This document shows positions 27,129-39,577 of a DNA stretch of 64,000 nt, in pieces. The position numbers and the translations under genes are program-made. Position 1 is the first letter of the stretch. Each line of letters opens with the position of its first letter. The notes under the pieces were generated by a model. That model saw only the letters and a list, made by a program, of their open reading frames with translations, did not search any database and was not told the origin of the DNA. The DNA lies in the NCBI GenBank assembly GCA_964016885.1, contig OZ024741.1:305722001-305786000 (forward strand). Direction: 5' to 3'. Origin of the DNA: Eledone cirrhosa (Eukaryota).

Positions 27129-27663
27129 TGACACAGCGGCTCAACACGGCCCTTAGCGCCTCCTTTTTTTCTTGCATGCATTCTTCTGTTCAATTATTTT
27201 TTTTCACTGATGTGCTCTTTCAGCATTTTTTTCTGCTGATTCAATAATCTGTATCATCTTACGTCTAGAGGGGGAGTATTGTAGTGACCTACATTCCACG
27301 GGCTCACATACATTCTCTGTGCGTGATTTGGCTCAGCTCAGCCAATCAGCGCCAGTAGAAGAGAATGTATCTCTACGCGCCCTGAGGGAAAAGTTCCTGC
27401 GTTGATTTGAAGAATCAACCCTCTCGCCTCCTGACTGTGAAAAGGTAAACAACTAACTTTATTTCGTCGTGAAATCACTAGCCAACATGTAACACCACAA
27501 GTTAATCATGGCCTGGCAACATTTCCGCCAGTAGACCGTGCCTCCTGAATTCGTTGTTTCATCTCTCTTGGTATGTCAGCTATTCAGCTCTACTCAGCTC
27601 AATCTTCGTAAATAAATATTGTACATACAACCCAGTGTCCTGTTATAGTTGCAACATAACACA
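27129..27663 (+). mobile_element. 3' end plus LTR of a different gypsy element (fragment)
   Basis: PPT tctagagggggagtat followed by TGTAGTGACC at 27280, the same start motif as the LTR at 32016; AATAAA near 27611; ends at ...ataacaCA (end approximate). Confidence 0.65.
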
Positions 27664-29296
27664 TGTGTTTTATTATAAAGATATATATATATACAGGATT
27701 TCATCTTAGAATACACATAGCCAGAACAGATACTGTAAGGTATCTGGTTGTATACTTAATAATTCTACCAATGTGCGAACCCACCTATCTGGGTTAGTAG
27801 TTTATTCCACTAATCTATTAATCTACCAATCTGCCAACCCACCGACCTGGGCTGGTAGTTTATTCCACCAGTCTACCAATCTATCAATCACCCAATCTGC
27901 CAACCCAGTGAAAGATAAAGTTGACAACAGCACCACACCATAAAGAACAACAACATCAACAATGATAATCACAGCAGAATATCAACAACAACAGTCACAG
28001 TAAAGCAACAACATCAACAATGATAATCAGAACACAACAACATTCTTGACCTACTTCCACGGCTTGTCCCATTACAAAGGTGTTTGATTTAATTCAGATA
28101 AAAGCATGACAAACATTCAACCAAAATATCTGACATGAAAACATTAGCCATTGTTGATAATATAACTTACCTTGGGCTGATTTGTTTAGTTTAAAGCCAA
28201 GATTTAATTTATTATTCTAACTAATTATCAATATTCCACCCATCTCCCATCATATAAACATCATCATCATCATCTTGATTTTACATGTTTTTCCATGCTG
28301 GAATGGGTTGGACAAGTTGTTATAGACCAAGTCAGTACTTAATTAGAACTACTGGCCTCTCAAACAAGGTCATTCTACAGAACCTCATTTCATATATATA
28401 TATCATCATCATCACTGTTTAATGTCAAATTTTCCATGTTAACATGAGTTGGACCCTTTCATTAGCATGCTTCTAATGAAAGACACTGCATCTGATTTTC
28501 AAATCATTTTGAAAATAATAAAGAGTTTGGAAAGATTTAATAAAATAACTAATCTTCTCATTATTAAGCTGATATTTTGAGCATAACTTAAAAAAGGTTC
28601 TTACATAAAAATATGGAACATTTTTAGATAACTAACAGCCTCATAAACCAACTACACAGATAACATCGACAACTTTCGCAACTCATTGGTAATATGTTTA
28701 TTGTTCTATTTTGACTTCAATGAAGTAAACCTTTGTATAAAAAGTAAATCAGCCATTCTTATTCTTTCAACAACTGTTATACTGTTATAATAATATCTGT
28801 ACTAATACCATTTACTAAAGTGGTGACCCAGCCGTGGGAACTAAATGTTCCTTTTAACAGAAAAATTGAAAAAAAATACGAAGTGGTATTATAAAAAAAA
28901 AATTAATAGAAAACAACACGCTTTTTGGTTCTGATATGGCTTCATTTACCGATCACATAAGGAAGAGAAAACTGAACTTTTTGTTAAGAACAATTATGTA
29001 AATATTGTTTTTTTCTTCTTTCCCTTGCTCAAATTTGTGAAGATGTCAAGATGGCGGATTTCTTTTTCATCAGTTGTTTTGGCGCGAAACTGTGCGTCAT
29101 GTTGGTTTTTGATTTAGGTCCTCTGTAAATGTATTGTTGTCATTGTTTGATTAGTCGCTCCCTTACACATTATTTCGGATGCATTCTTTTTCCTGTCCAG
29201 TTGTTTGACAGAATAAAACAAGTGGATTTATTTCCCGTGTGTCCGAGATATTTTTCTATCCGTAGACGCATTTTGCAACTTACTGAGATTGCACTA

Positions 29297-30097
29297 ATGG
29301 CATCTCATTTTATTCTTCCTACTTACATGGGCGACGTGAAGTTATGGTTCGCTCAAATGGAAGCATTTTTCGAGGTTAACAACATCGCCAAGGCACAGCA
29401 ACGTCCCCTCATCCTTAGTGCCTTTCCTCCGGCACTTCTCCCAATTATTAAGGATCTCATATTGGAGACACCGACTGATGCTACTTACCTGTCGTTGAAG
29501 GCTGAGATACTCGGCCGGACTGCACAGTCCGCCGAGAAACGCTTTAGAGCTCTGGTCCATTTGGAGCATATCGAGGATGGCACTCCATCGAATCTCTTAC
29601 GTCAAATGAAAGACCTAACAGAGGGGTCGGCAGCGGAAACTGCATTGTTGAAGCAGTTGTTTTTCTCATGGCTACTGATCAACATTCGAGCAATTTTGGG
29701 CCACATTAGGGATACATGTTCTGTGGACCAACTGGCCGCCTCTGCGGACAAAGTTTTTGAGGTCATGGGTGCTGGAGGCAGCAAGGCCCTTGCCGCTGTT
29801 TCTCACCCAGCTCAGGCCACACCTGGCCATGCCACCTGCACGGCAACTCATGCAGACAGCGCAGCTATAATGGCTATGCAGAAAGTCATTCTGCAACTCA
29901 CCCTGGAGCTACAGAAGCTGAAGGCCTCTAGTGGTGTTCGTTCGCGGAGCCGCGATAGATCATACTCTTTCAGATACCACCCCAGGTTACCAGTTTCATC
30001 TTTATGCTGGTACCACGAGCATTTTGCTGATAACGCGAACCACTGTGTGCAGCCTTGTTTGTTTGTGAAGTCGGGAAACGCCAGAGAGGTTTGCTGA
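29297..30097 (+). CDS. Gag of gypsy element 2 (open frame)
   Basis: LWFAQMEAFF...LKAEIL...PSNLLRQMK and CWYHEHFADNANHCVQPC Cys/His motif; homologous to the Gag of element 1. Confidence 0.85.
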   Translation: MASHFILPTYMGDVKLWFAQMEAFFEVNNIAKAQQRPLILSAFPPALLPIIKDLILETPTDATYLSLKAEILGRTAQSAEKRFRALVHLEHIEDGTPSNLLRQMKDLTEGSAAETALLKQLFFSWLLINIRAILGHIRDTCSVDQLAASADKVFEVMGAGGSKALAAVSHPAQATPGHATCTATHADSAAIMAMQKVILQLTLELQKLKASSGVRSRSRDRSYSFRYHPRLPVSSLCWYHEHFADNANHCVQPCLFVKSGNAREVC

Positions 30098-32255
30098 GGG
30101 CGAGTCGACCTCAGCGTAAAGCTCCCAAACCGCCACTTCTTCATCAAGGACCTCCTGTCTGGAAGAGGCTTCCTCATGGATACAGGAGCCTCCTGTAGTA
30201 TTTGCCCGGTCCATTGCCTAAAGGATACCCCTGTGGAGTCATCCGTTACTCTGCAGGCCGTTAACCACTCGCCTATAAAGACGTACGGACAAATCTCGCT
30301 TCCCCTTAAACTCCAAAATCTTTGTAGGGATTTTAAATGGATTTTTACAGTCGCTGACTTGTCATACCCAATCTTAGGAGCGGATTTCCTCCACAATTTC
30401 TCCTTGACTGTGGATGTCCGAGGCCAACATCTGGTGGATGACATCACCGGTTTCTCAATTCATGGCCGCAAAGCCAATTCTCCAACGATCAGCCCAATAT
30501 TCTTCATCGCTGCCGCTGGAGACGCCTACTATTCATTGTTAGGATCATTCCCGGAGATCACCAATGGAAATTTTTGAGTTACTGAGCCAACTCACTCAAC
30601 CAAACATTTTATTTCCACAACCTTTGCTCCAGCATTTTCACGTCCACGTTGTTTACCGGCGGACAAGTTAAAAGCAGCACGGTCCGAGTTCGACCATATG
30701 CTGCAGCTGAGTATTATTCGCCCATCTACGAGTCCTTAGACTTCACCGTTCCATATGGTGCCCAAGACTTCTGGCGACTGGAGACCCACTGGGGATTATA
30801 GGAGGGTAAATGCGATGACCATTACGGATAGATATCTGATTCCCTACCTCCAGGATTTTGCATCCTCGTTGCAGGGTTGTAAAATTTTCTCTAAACTCGA
30901 TTTAGAGCGAGCTTACCACCAAATTCCAGTCAGGAAGGAAGACATTCCGAAAACAGCTATTACGACTCCTTTCGGATCCTTTGAGTTTTTGACCATGCCT
31001 TTCGGACTCAGGACTTCGTTTATGCATATATAGATGATCTTCTCGTCGCTAGTTTCGTGATGGCCTGAAGCCATCCCCTTAAAGGACATTACTGCCGAGA
31101 CGATAGCGCGTGCCCTGGTATCAGGGTGGATTGCCCACTATGGCGTGCCAACCACAATTACCACAGACCGTGGTAGGCAATTTGAATCTCACCTTTTCTC
31201 AGAGCTGATGAAAATTATTGGCGCTCAACGCATTCGGACCACATCTTATCATCCTGCTTCAAACGGAATGGTGGAACGTTTTCACCGCCAATTAAAGGCC
31301 GCTCTTCGCGCCTATCCAGACTCTCTACGTTGGAGTGAGTACCTTCCTATTGCGTTGTTAGGAATTCGGTCTCTCAATAAAGGAGGACCTTGGGTTCTCC
31401 CCAGCCGAATTATTGCATGGTGCTCCTCTAGCGTTGCCTGGGCAAATGCTTGCCCCTGTTGATCTTGCTTTTCTAGATCCTCTTTTCTACGTATCTCGTT
31501 TGCGCTCCTATTTTCACAACTTACCGCCTATGGATACTAGGAAACAAACTATTAAAACTGTAGTCCCAAGGGATATTGCCTCGTGGACACGTCTTTGTCA
31601 GAAACAACGCGGTTAGTCCACCTCTCACACAACCATACTCTGGACCCTACTGTGTGTTAGCACGTACTGACAAACATTTCACAGTAGACATTAAGGGATC
31701 CAGAGACAATTTCGGTGGATAGACTAAAAAGGGCATACACTGACGCTCATACACCTGAGCCACAAATACCCCAATCTTTCTTTATTGTACATACACCTGC
31801 TCCTTCTTCCCCACCTTCACCTACATACAAGACCACGACCTGTTCCGGTTGAAGAGTCCACTGGCCACTATGGAGCCTTCTCTTTTTTCTTTGTATTATG
31901 TATGCATGTACCTTTTTATTTTTTGTTATTGTTTCATACCTTTGCTTTGCTCCCATTCTTGCGGGTTCGCTACAATTACCTTCGGGCTTTGCACCTATCG
32001 TCTGGAGGAGGGTAGTGTAGTGACCCCTAGCGGTGAAATCCAGAAGTAATGAGAGTTATGTCCCTTGGGGACTGTAATGACCCCTAGCGTCGAGAACTCA
32101 GAAGTAATGAGAGTTATGTCCCCATGGGGACTATATATTGTGACAGCGAGAAGGCTCTTCCTCTCTTACACCGCAGCAGCCCTGGAGAACGGATGCGACT
32201 TCGCCTTCTCCACTTCCGAGTTCACCCACAACATGTGACGTGAATGTGTCAGGAG

Positions 32256-35200
32256 CAACTCTCTCACTAATGGCCTCATGAACCAACTACACAGATAACA
32301 TCATGCCAAGAACAACTCTCTCACTAATGGCCTCATGAACCAACTACACAGATAACATCATGCCAAGAACAACTCTCTCACTAGCAACCTCATGAACCAA
32401 CTACACAGATAACATCATGCCAAGAACAACTCTCTCACTAACAGCCTCATGAACCAACTACACAGATAACATCATGCCAAGAACAACTCTCTCACTAACA
32501 GCCTCATGAACCAACTACACAGATAACATCATGCCAAGAACAACTCTCTCACTAGCAACCTCATGAACCAACTACACAGATAACATCATGCCAAGAACAA
32601 CTCTCTCACTAACAGCCTCATGAACCAACTACACAGATAACATCATGCCAAGAACAACTCTCTCACTAATGGCCTCATGAACCAACTACACAGATAACAT
32701 CATGCCAAGAACAACTCTCTCACTAATGGCCTCATGAACCAACTACACAGATAACATCATGCCAAGAACAACTCTCTCACTAACAGCCTCATGAACCAAC
32801 TACACAGATAACATCATGCCAAGAACAACTCTCTCACTAATGGCCTCATGAACCAACTACACAGATAACATCATGCCAAGAACAACTCTCTCACTAACAG
32901 CCTCATGAACCAACTACACAGATAACATCATGCCAAGAACAACTCTCTCACTAATGGCCTCATGAACCAACTACACAGATAACATCATGCCAAGAACAAC
33001 TCTCTCACTAACAGCCTCATGAACCAACTACACAGATAACATCATGCCAAGAACAACTCTCTCACTAATGGCCTCATGAACCAACTACACAGATAACATC
33101 ATGCCAAGAACAACTCTCTCACTAACAGCCTCATGAACCAACTACACAGATAACATCATGCCAAGAACAACTCTCTCACTAATGGCCTCATGAACCAACT
33201 ACACAGATAACATCATGCCAAGAACAACTCTCTCACTAACAGCCTCATGAACCAACTACACAGATAACATCATGCCAAGAACAACTCTCTCACTAACAGC
33301 CTCATGAACCAACTACACAGATAACATCATGCCAAGAACAACTCTCTCACTAACAGCCTCATGAACCAACTACACAGATAACATCATGCCAAGAACAACT
33401 CTCTCACTAACAGCCTCATGAACCAACTACACAGATAACATCATGCCAAGAACAACTCTCTCACTAACAGCCTCATGAACCAACTACACAGATAACATCA
33501 TGCCAAGAACAACTCTCTCACTAATGGCCTCATGAACCAACTACACAGATAACATCATGCCAAGAACAACTCTCTCACTAACAGCCTCATGAACCAACTA
33601 CACAGATAACATCATGCCAAGAACAACTCTCTCACTAATGGCCTCATGAACCAACTACACAGATAACATCATGCCAAGAACAACTCTCTCACTAACAGCC
33701 TCATGAACCAACTACACAGATAACATCATGCCAAGAACAACTCTCTCACTAACAGCCTCATGAACCAACTACACAGATAACATCATGCCAAGAACAACTC
33801 TCTCACTAACAGCCTCATGAACCAACTACACAGATAACATCATGCCAAGAACAACTCTCTCACTAACAGCCTCATGAACCAACTACACAGATAACATCAT
33901 GCCAAGAACAACTCTCTCACTAACAGCCTCATGAACCAACTACACAGATAACATCATGCCAAGAACAACTCTCTCACTAATGGCCTCATGAACCAACTAC
34001 ACAGATAACATCATGCCAAGAACAACTCTCTCACTAACAGCCTCATGAACCAACTACACAGATAACATCATGCCAAGAACAACTCTCTCACTAACAGCCT
34101 CATGAACCAACTACACAGATAACATCATGCCAAGAACAACTCTCTCACTAACAGCCTCATGAACCAACTACACAGATAACATCATGCCAAGAACAACTCT
34201 CTCACTAACAGCCTCATGAACCAACTACACAGATAACATCATGCCAAGAACAACTCTCTCACTAACAGCCTCATGAACCAACTACACAGATAACATCATG
34301 CCAAGAACAACTCTCTCACTAATGGCCTCATGAACCAACTACACAGATAACATCATGCCAAGAACAACTCTCTCACTAATGGCCTCATGAACCAACTACA
34401 CAGATAACATCATGCCAAGAACAACTCTCTCACTAATGGCCTCATGAACCAACTACACAGATAACATCATGCCAAGAACAACTCTCTCACTAATGGCCTC
34501 ATGAACCAACTACACAGATAACATCATGCCAAGAACAACTCTCTCACTAATGGCCTCATGAACCAACTACACAGATAACATCATGCCAAGAACAACTCTC
34601 TCACTAATGGCCTCATGAACCAACTACACAGATAACATCATGCCAAGAACAACTCTCTCACTAATGGCCTCATGAACCAACTACACAGATAACATCATGC
34701 CAAGAACAACTCTCTCACTAATGGCCTCATGAACCAACTACACAGATAACATCATGCCAAGAACAACTCTCTCACTAATGGCCTCATGAACCAACTACAC
34801 AGATAACATCATGCCAAGAACAACTCTCTCACTAATGGCCTCATGAACCAACTACACAGATAACATCATGCCAAGAACAACTCTCTCACTAATGGCCTCA
34901 TGAACCAACTACACAGATAACATCATGCCAAGAACAACTCTCTCACTAATGGCCTCATGAACCAACTACACAGATAACATCATGCCAAGAACAACTCTCT
35001 CACTAACAGCCTCATGAACCAACTACACAGATAACATCATGCCAAGAACAACTCTCTCACTAATGGCCTCATGAACCAACTACACAGATAACATCATGCC
35101 AAGAACAACTCTCTCACTAACAGCCTCATGAACCAACTACACAGATAACATCATGCCAAGAACAACTCTCTCACTAATGGCCTCATGAACCAACTACACA

Positions 35201-38002
35201 GATAACATCATGCCAAGAACAACTCTCTCACTAATGGCCTCATGAACCAACTACACAGATAACATCATGCCAAGAACAACTCTCTCACTAACAGCCTCAT
35301 GAACCAACTACACAGATAACATCATGCCAAGAACAACTCTCTCACTAACAGCCTCATGAACCAACTACACAGATAACATCATGCCAAGAACAACTCTCTC
35401 ACTAATGGCCTCATGAACCAACTACACAGATAACATCATGCCAAGAACAACTCTCTCACTAACAGCCTCATGAACCAACTACACAGATAACATCATGCCA
35501 AGAACAACTCTCTCACTAACAGCCTCATGAACCAACTACACAGATAACATCATGCCAAGAACAACTCTCTCACTAATGGCCTCATGAACCAACTACACAG
35601 ATAACATCATGCCAAGAACAACTCTCTCACTAATGGCCTCATGAACCAACTACACAGATAACATCATGCCAAGAACAACTCTCTCACTAATGGCCTCATG
35701 AACCAACTACACAGATAACATCATGCCAAGAACAACTCTCTCACTAATGGCCTCATGAACCAACTACACAGATAACATCATGCCAAGAACAACTCTCTCA
35801 CTAACAGCCTCATGAACCAACTACACAGATAACATCATGCCAAGAACAACTCTCTCACTAACAGCCTCATGAACCAACTACACAGATAACATCATGCCAA
35901 GAACAACTCTCTCACTAACAGCCTCATGAACCAACTACACAGATAACATCATGCCAAGAACAACTCTCTCACTAACAGCCTCATGAACCAACTACACAGA
36001 TAACATCATGCCAAGAACAACTCTCTCACTAATGGCCTCATGAACCAACTACACAGATAACATCATGCCAAGAACAACTCTCTCACTAATGGCCTCATGA
36101 ACCAACTACACAGATAACATCATGCCAAGAACAACTCTCTCACTAATGGCCTCATGAACCAACTACACAGATAACATCATGCCAAGAACAACTCTCTCAC
36201 TAATGGCCTCATGAACCAACTACACAGATAACATCATGCCAAGAACAACTCTCTCACTAACAGCCTCATGAACCAACTACACAGATAACATCATGCCAAG
36301 AACAACTCTCTCACTAACAGCCTCATGAACCAACTACACAGATAACATCATGCCAAGAACAACTCTCTCACTAATGGCCTCATGAACCAACTACACAGAT
36401 AACATCATGCCAAGAACAACTCTCTCACTAATGGCCTCATGAACCAACTACACAGATAACATCATGCCAAGAACAACTCTCTCACTAACAGCCTCATGAA
36501 CCAACTACACAGATAACATCATGCCAAGAACAACTCTCTCACTAACAGCCTCATGAACCAACTACACAGATAACATCATGCCAAGAACAACTCTCTCACT
36601 AATGGCCTCATGAACCAACTACACAGATAACATCATGCCAAGAACAACTCTCTCACTAATGGCCTCATGAACCAACTACACAGATAACATCATGCCAAGA
36701 ACAACTCTCTCACTAATGGCCTCATGAACCAACTACACAGATAACATCATGCCAAGAACAACTCTCTCACTAACAGCCTCATGAACCAACTACACAGATA
36801 ACATCATGCCAAGAACAACTCTCTCACTAATGGCCTCATGAACCAACTACACAGATAACATCATGCCAAGAACAACTCTCTCACTAACAGCCTCATGAAC
36901 CAACTACACAGATAACATCATGCCAAGAACAACTCTCTCACTAATGGCCTCATGAACCAACTACACAGATAACATCATGCCAAGAACAACTCTCTCACTA
37001 ACAGCCTCATGAACCAACTACACAGATAACATCATGCCAAGAACAACTCTCTCACTAATGGCCTCATGAACCAACTACACAGATAACATCATGCCAAGAA
37101 CAACTCTCTCACTAACAGCCTCATGAACCAACTACACAGATAACATCATGCCAAGAACAACTCTCTCACTAATGGCCTCATGAACCAACTACACAGATAA
37201 CATCATGCCAAGAACAACTCTCTCACTAATGGCCTCATGAACCAACTACACAGATAACATCATGCCAAGAACAACTCTCTCACTAACAGCCTCATGAACC
37301 AACTACACAGATAACATCATGCCAAGAACAACTCTCTCACTAACAGCCTCATGAACCAACTACACAGATAACATCATGCCAAGAACAACTCTCTCACTAA
37401 TGGCCTCATGAACCAACTACACAGATAACATCATGCCAAGAACAACTCTCTCACTAATGGCCTCATGAACCAACTACACAGATAACATCATGCCAAGAAC
37501 AACTCTCTCACTAATGGCCTCATGAACCAACTACACAGATAACATCATGCCAAGAACAACTCTCTCACTAACAGCCTCATGAACCAACTACACAGATAAC
37601 ATCATGCCAAGAACAACTCTCTCACTAACAGCCTCATGAACCAACTACACAGATAACATCATGCCAAGAACAACTCTCTCACTAATGGCCTCATGAACCA
37701 ACTACACAGATAACATCATGCCAAGAACAACTCTCTCACTAATGGCCTCATGAACCAACTACACAGATAACATCATGCCAAGAACAACTCTCTCACTAAT
37801 GGCCTCATGAACCAACTACACAGATAACATCATGCCAAGAACAACTCTCTCACTAACAGCCTCATGAACCAACTACACAGATAACATCATGCCAAGAACA
37901 ACTCTCTCACTAACAGCCTCATGAACCAACTACACAGATAACATCATGCCAAGAACAACTCTCTCACTAATGGCCTCATGAACCAACTACACAGATAACA
38001 TC
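32256..38002. repeat. 57-bp tandem satellite, 101 units, inside the gypsy 3' LTR
   Basis: Unit aacaactctctcactaa[tg|ca]gcctcatgaaccaactacacagataacatcatgccaag; units counted by eye. Confidence 0.98.
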
Positions 38003-38363
38003 AACAACTTTCGTAACTCATTGGTAATATGTTTATTGTTCTATTTTGACTTCAATGAAGTAAACCTTTGTATAAAAAATAAATCAGCCATTCTTATTCT
38101 TTCAACAACTGTTATACTGTTATAATAATACCTGTACTAATACCATTTTACTAAAAATATGAATACTTTAAAACAAACAATTTTGTATTGTAGAACCGGG
38201 GCAGTTTCATGTAGTTTGGTATAAAAAAAATTAAAATACTTGTGTTGTTCCAGAGCCTGTTATTATTTCATTTGACTCCCTCTTGCATTCTTGATATATA
38301 GTGCCAAGCTAGTTCTAATTAAACAGATGTATAGCAAGTAAGTTGCCATCTGTCATCTATCTT

Positions 38364-38578
38364 TAACCCTTTAACATTTAAACTGGCTGTATCTGGCTAG
38401 AATTCTCTCACCTCTTTCTGTTCAAACCAGCTGTAACCGGCTGCTCATACTGATGTAAAGGTATTGTTCTCAAAATGAATAATATCAAAATCTCATAGAT
38501 TCGATATTATGTGAGATAAAGCCGTTTCTGTGAAAATACAATAGTAAATATAGAGTAATGTGAATGCTAAAGGGTTAA
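38364..38578. mobile_element. TTAA-flanked (piggyBac-like) MITE, ~215 bp
   Basis: ttaaCCCTTTA.CATT...AATGCTAAAGGGttaa terminal inverted repeats; further copies at 39371-39577 (inverted) and 54306-54533. Confidence 0.8.
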
Positions 38579-39370
38579 AATGGCAGTATAAAATTAGGAG
38601 ATTAGTCTGTTATTTCTTTTAAGTCATGTGACTATATAGAGGCTCCTTCTTTGGCTCACTCCTTATTCTGTTTGGCTGAGTTGACTGCCTGAATAAAAAG
38701 CTTCATCCTAAATATTTCTGCTTGTAGTGTATAATAGTAGTTTCATAGTATTAATAAAGCAGATGCAGCATGACCAAATGGTTTCATTCCTCCTTATGAC
38801 ATCTTCAGCTTATGTCATTTACTATAATCTTTTTGAGTGAAACTGGGTAGATGGTAACTGTTTTGAAGCCCATCAGATGGGCTGTACCTGTAATTCAAAG
38901 TATTTCACATTGTGTTATGCTAAATCTCCCTGAGAATTATGTTGGGGGTGAACATGTCTATGGAATACTCAACCAGTTGCATGTTAATTTCACAAGTGGG
39001 CAGTACCATTGATCAAACAACTGTAACTGCACATGGGTATTGAGCACTCTTGGCTAGCCATACAATGTGCATCTCCTTCTCCCAAAATAAAATAATTTCA
39101 ATTTTGGCAAGCTGACAAATCTAATTTTTCACATTGCTTGCTCTGACTACACTAATAAAATTACGAAGTCTGCATTTTCCACTACACAGTTCACACTCAC
39201 CCATGCTAAATCATGTAATAGGTCATAATAATATATGGCCTTCGCCACCACTTTAGGTATTTCCACAATCCAACTTCATGGCAAAGTTGTTTAGTGATTT
39301 ATTTATAGATTGCAAGAAATTATTGTATATTTAATTTAATTATACAAATATTACTAAAACTGTAATCTTT

Positions 39371-39577
39371 TAACCCTTTAGCATTTACATTACTCTACAT
39401 ATACTATTGTATTTTCTTGGTAAACACTTTATCTCACATAATCTATGAGATTTTGATATTATATATTTTGAGAACAATACCTTAACATAAGTATGAGCAG
39501 CTAGTTATGGCTGGTTTGAGCAGAAAGAGGTGAGAGAACTCTGGCTGGATAAAGCCAGTTTAAATGCTAAAGGGTTA
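39371..39577. mobile_element. TTAA-flanked MITE, same family, opposite orientation
   Basis: ttaaccctttagcattta...taaatgctaaagggttaa. Confidence 0.8.

Larger units (their letters stand above)
28631..38154 (+). mobile_element. Ty3/gypsy LTR retrotransposon 2, internally deleted, with a satellite array in its 3' LTR
   Basis: 5' LTR remnant 28631-28819 matches 37960-38154; PBS TGGTGACCC at 28821. Gag, protease (MDTGAS) and RT to YIDDLLVAS fused directly to integrase WPEAIPL (RT C-terminus and RNase H missing). PPT ggaggaggg, LTR start TGTAG at 32016. Confidence 0.93.

Noticed and set aside
28171-28216. Possible extra host exon with a strong gtaagt donor
   Set aside because: It is 46 nt and has an immediate stop in the phase required by the neighbouring exons; inclusion would break the frame.
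32256-38002. CRISPR-like array
   Set aside because: No unique spacers, no cas genes and a eukaryotic context; it is a pure tandem repeat with one variable dinucleotide. It also yields no long ORF on either strand in the track.
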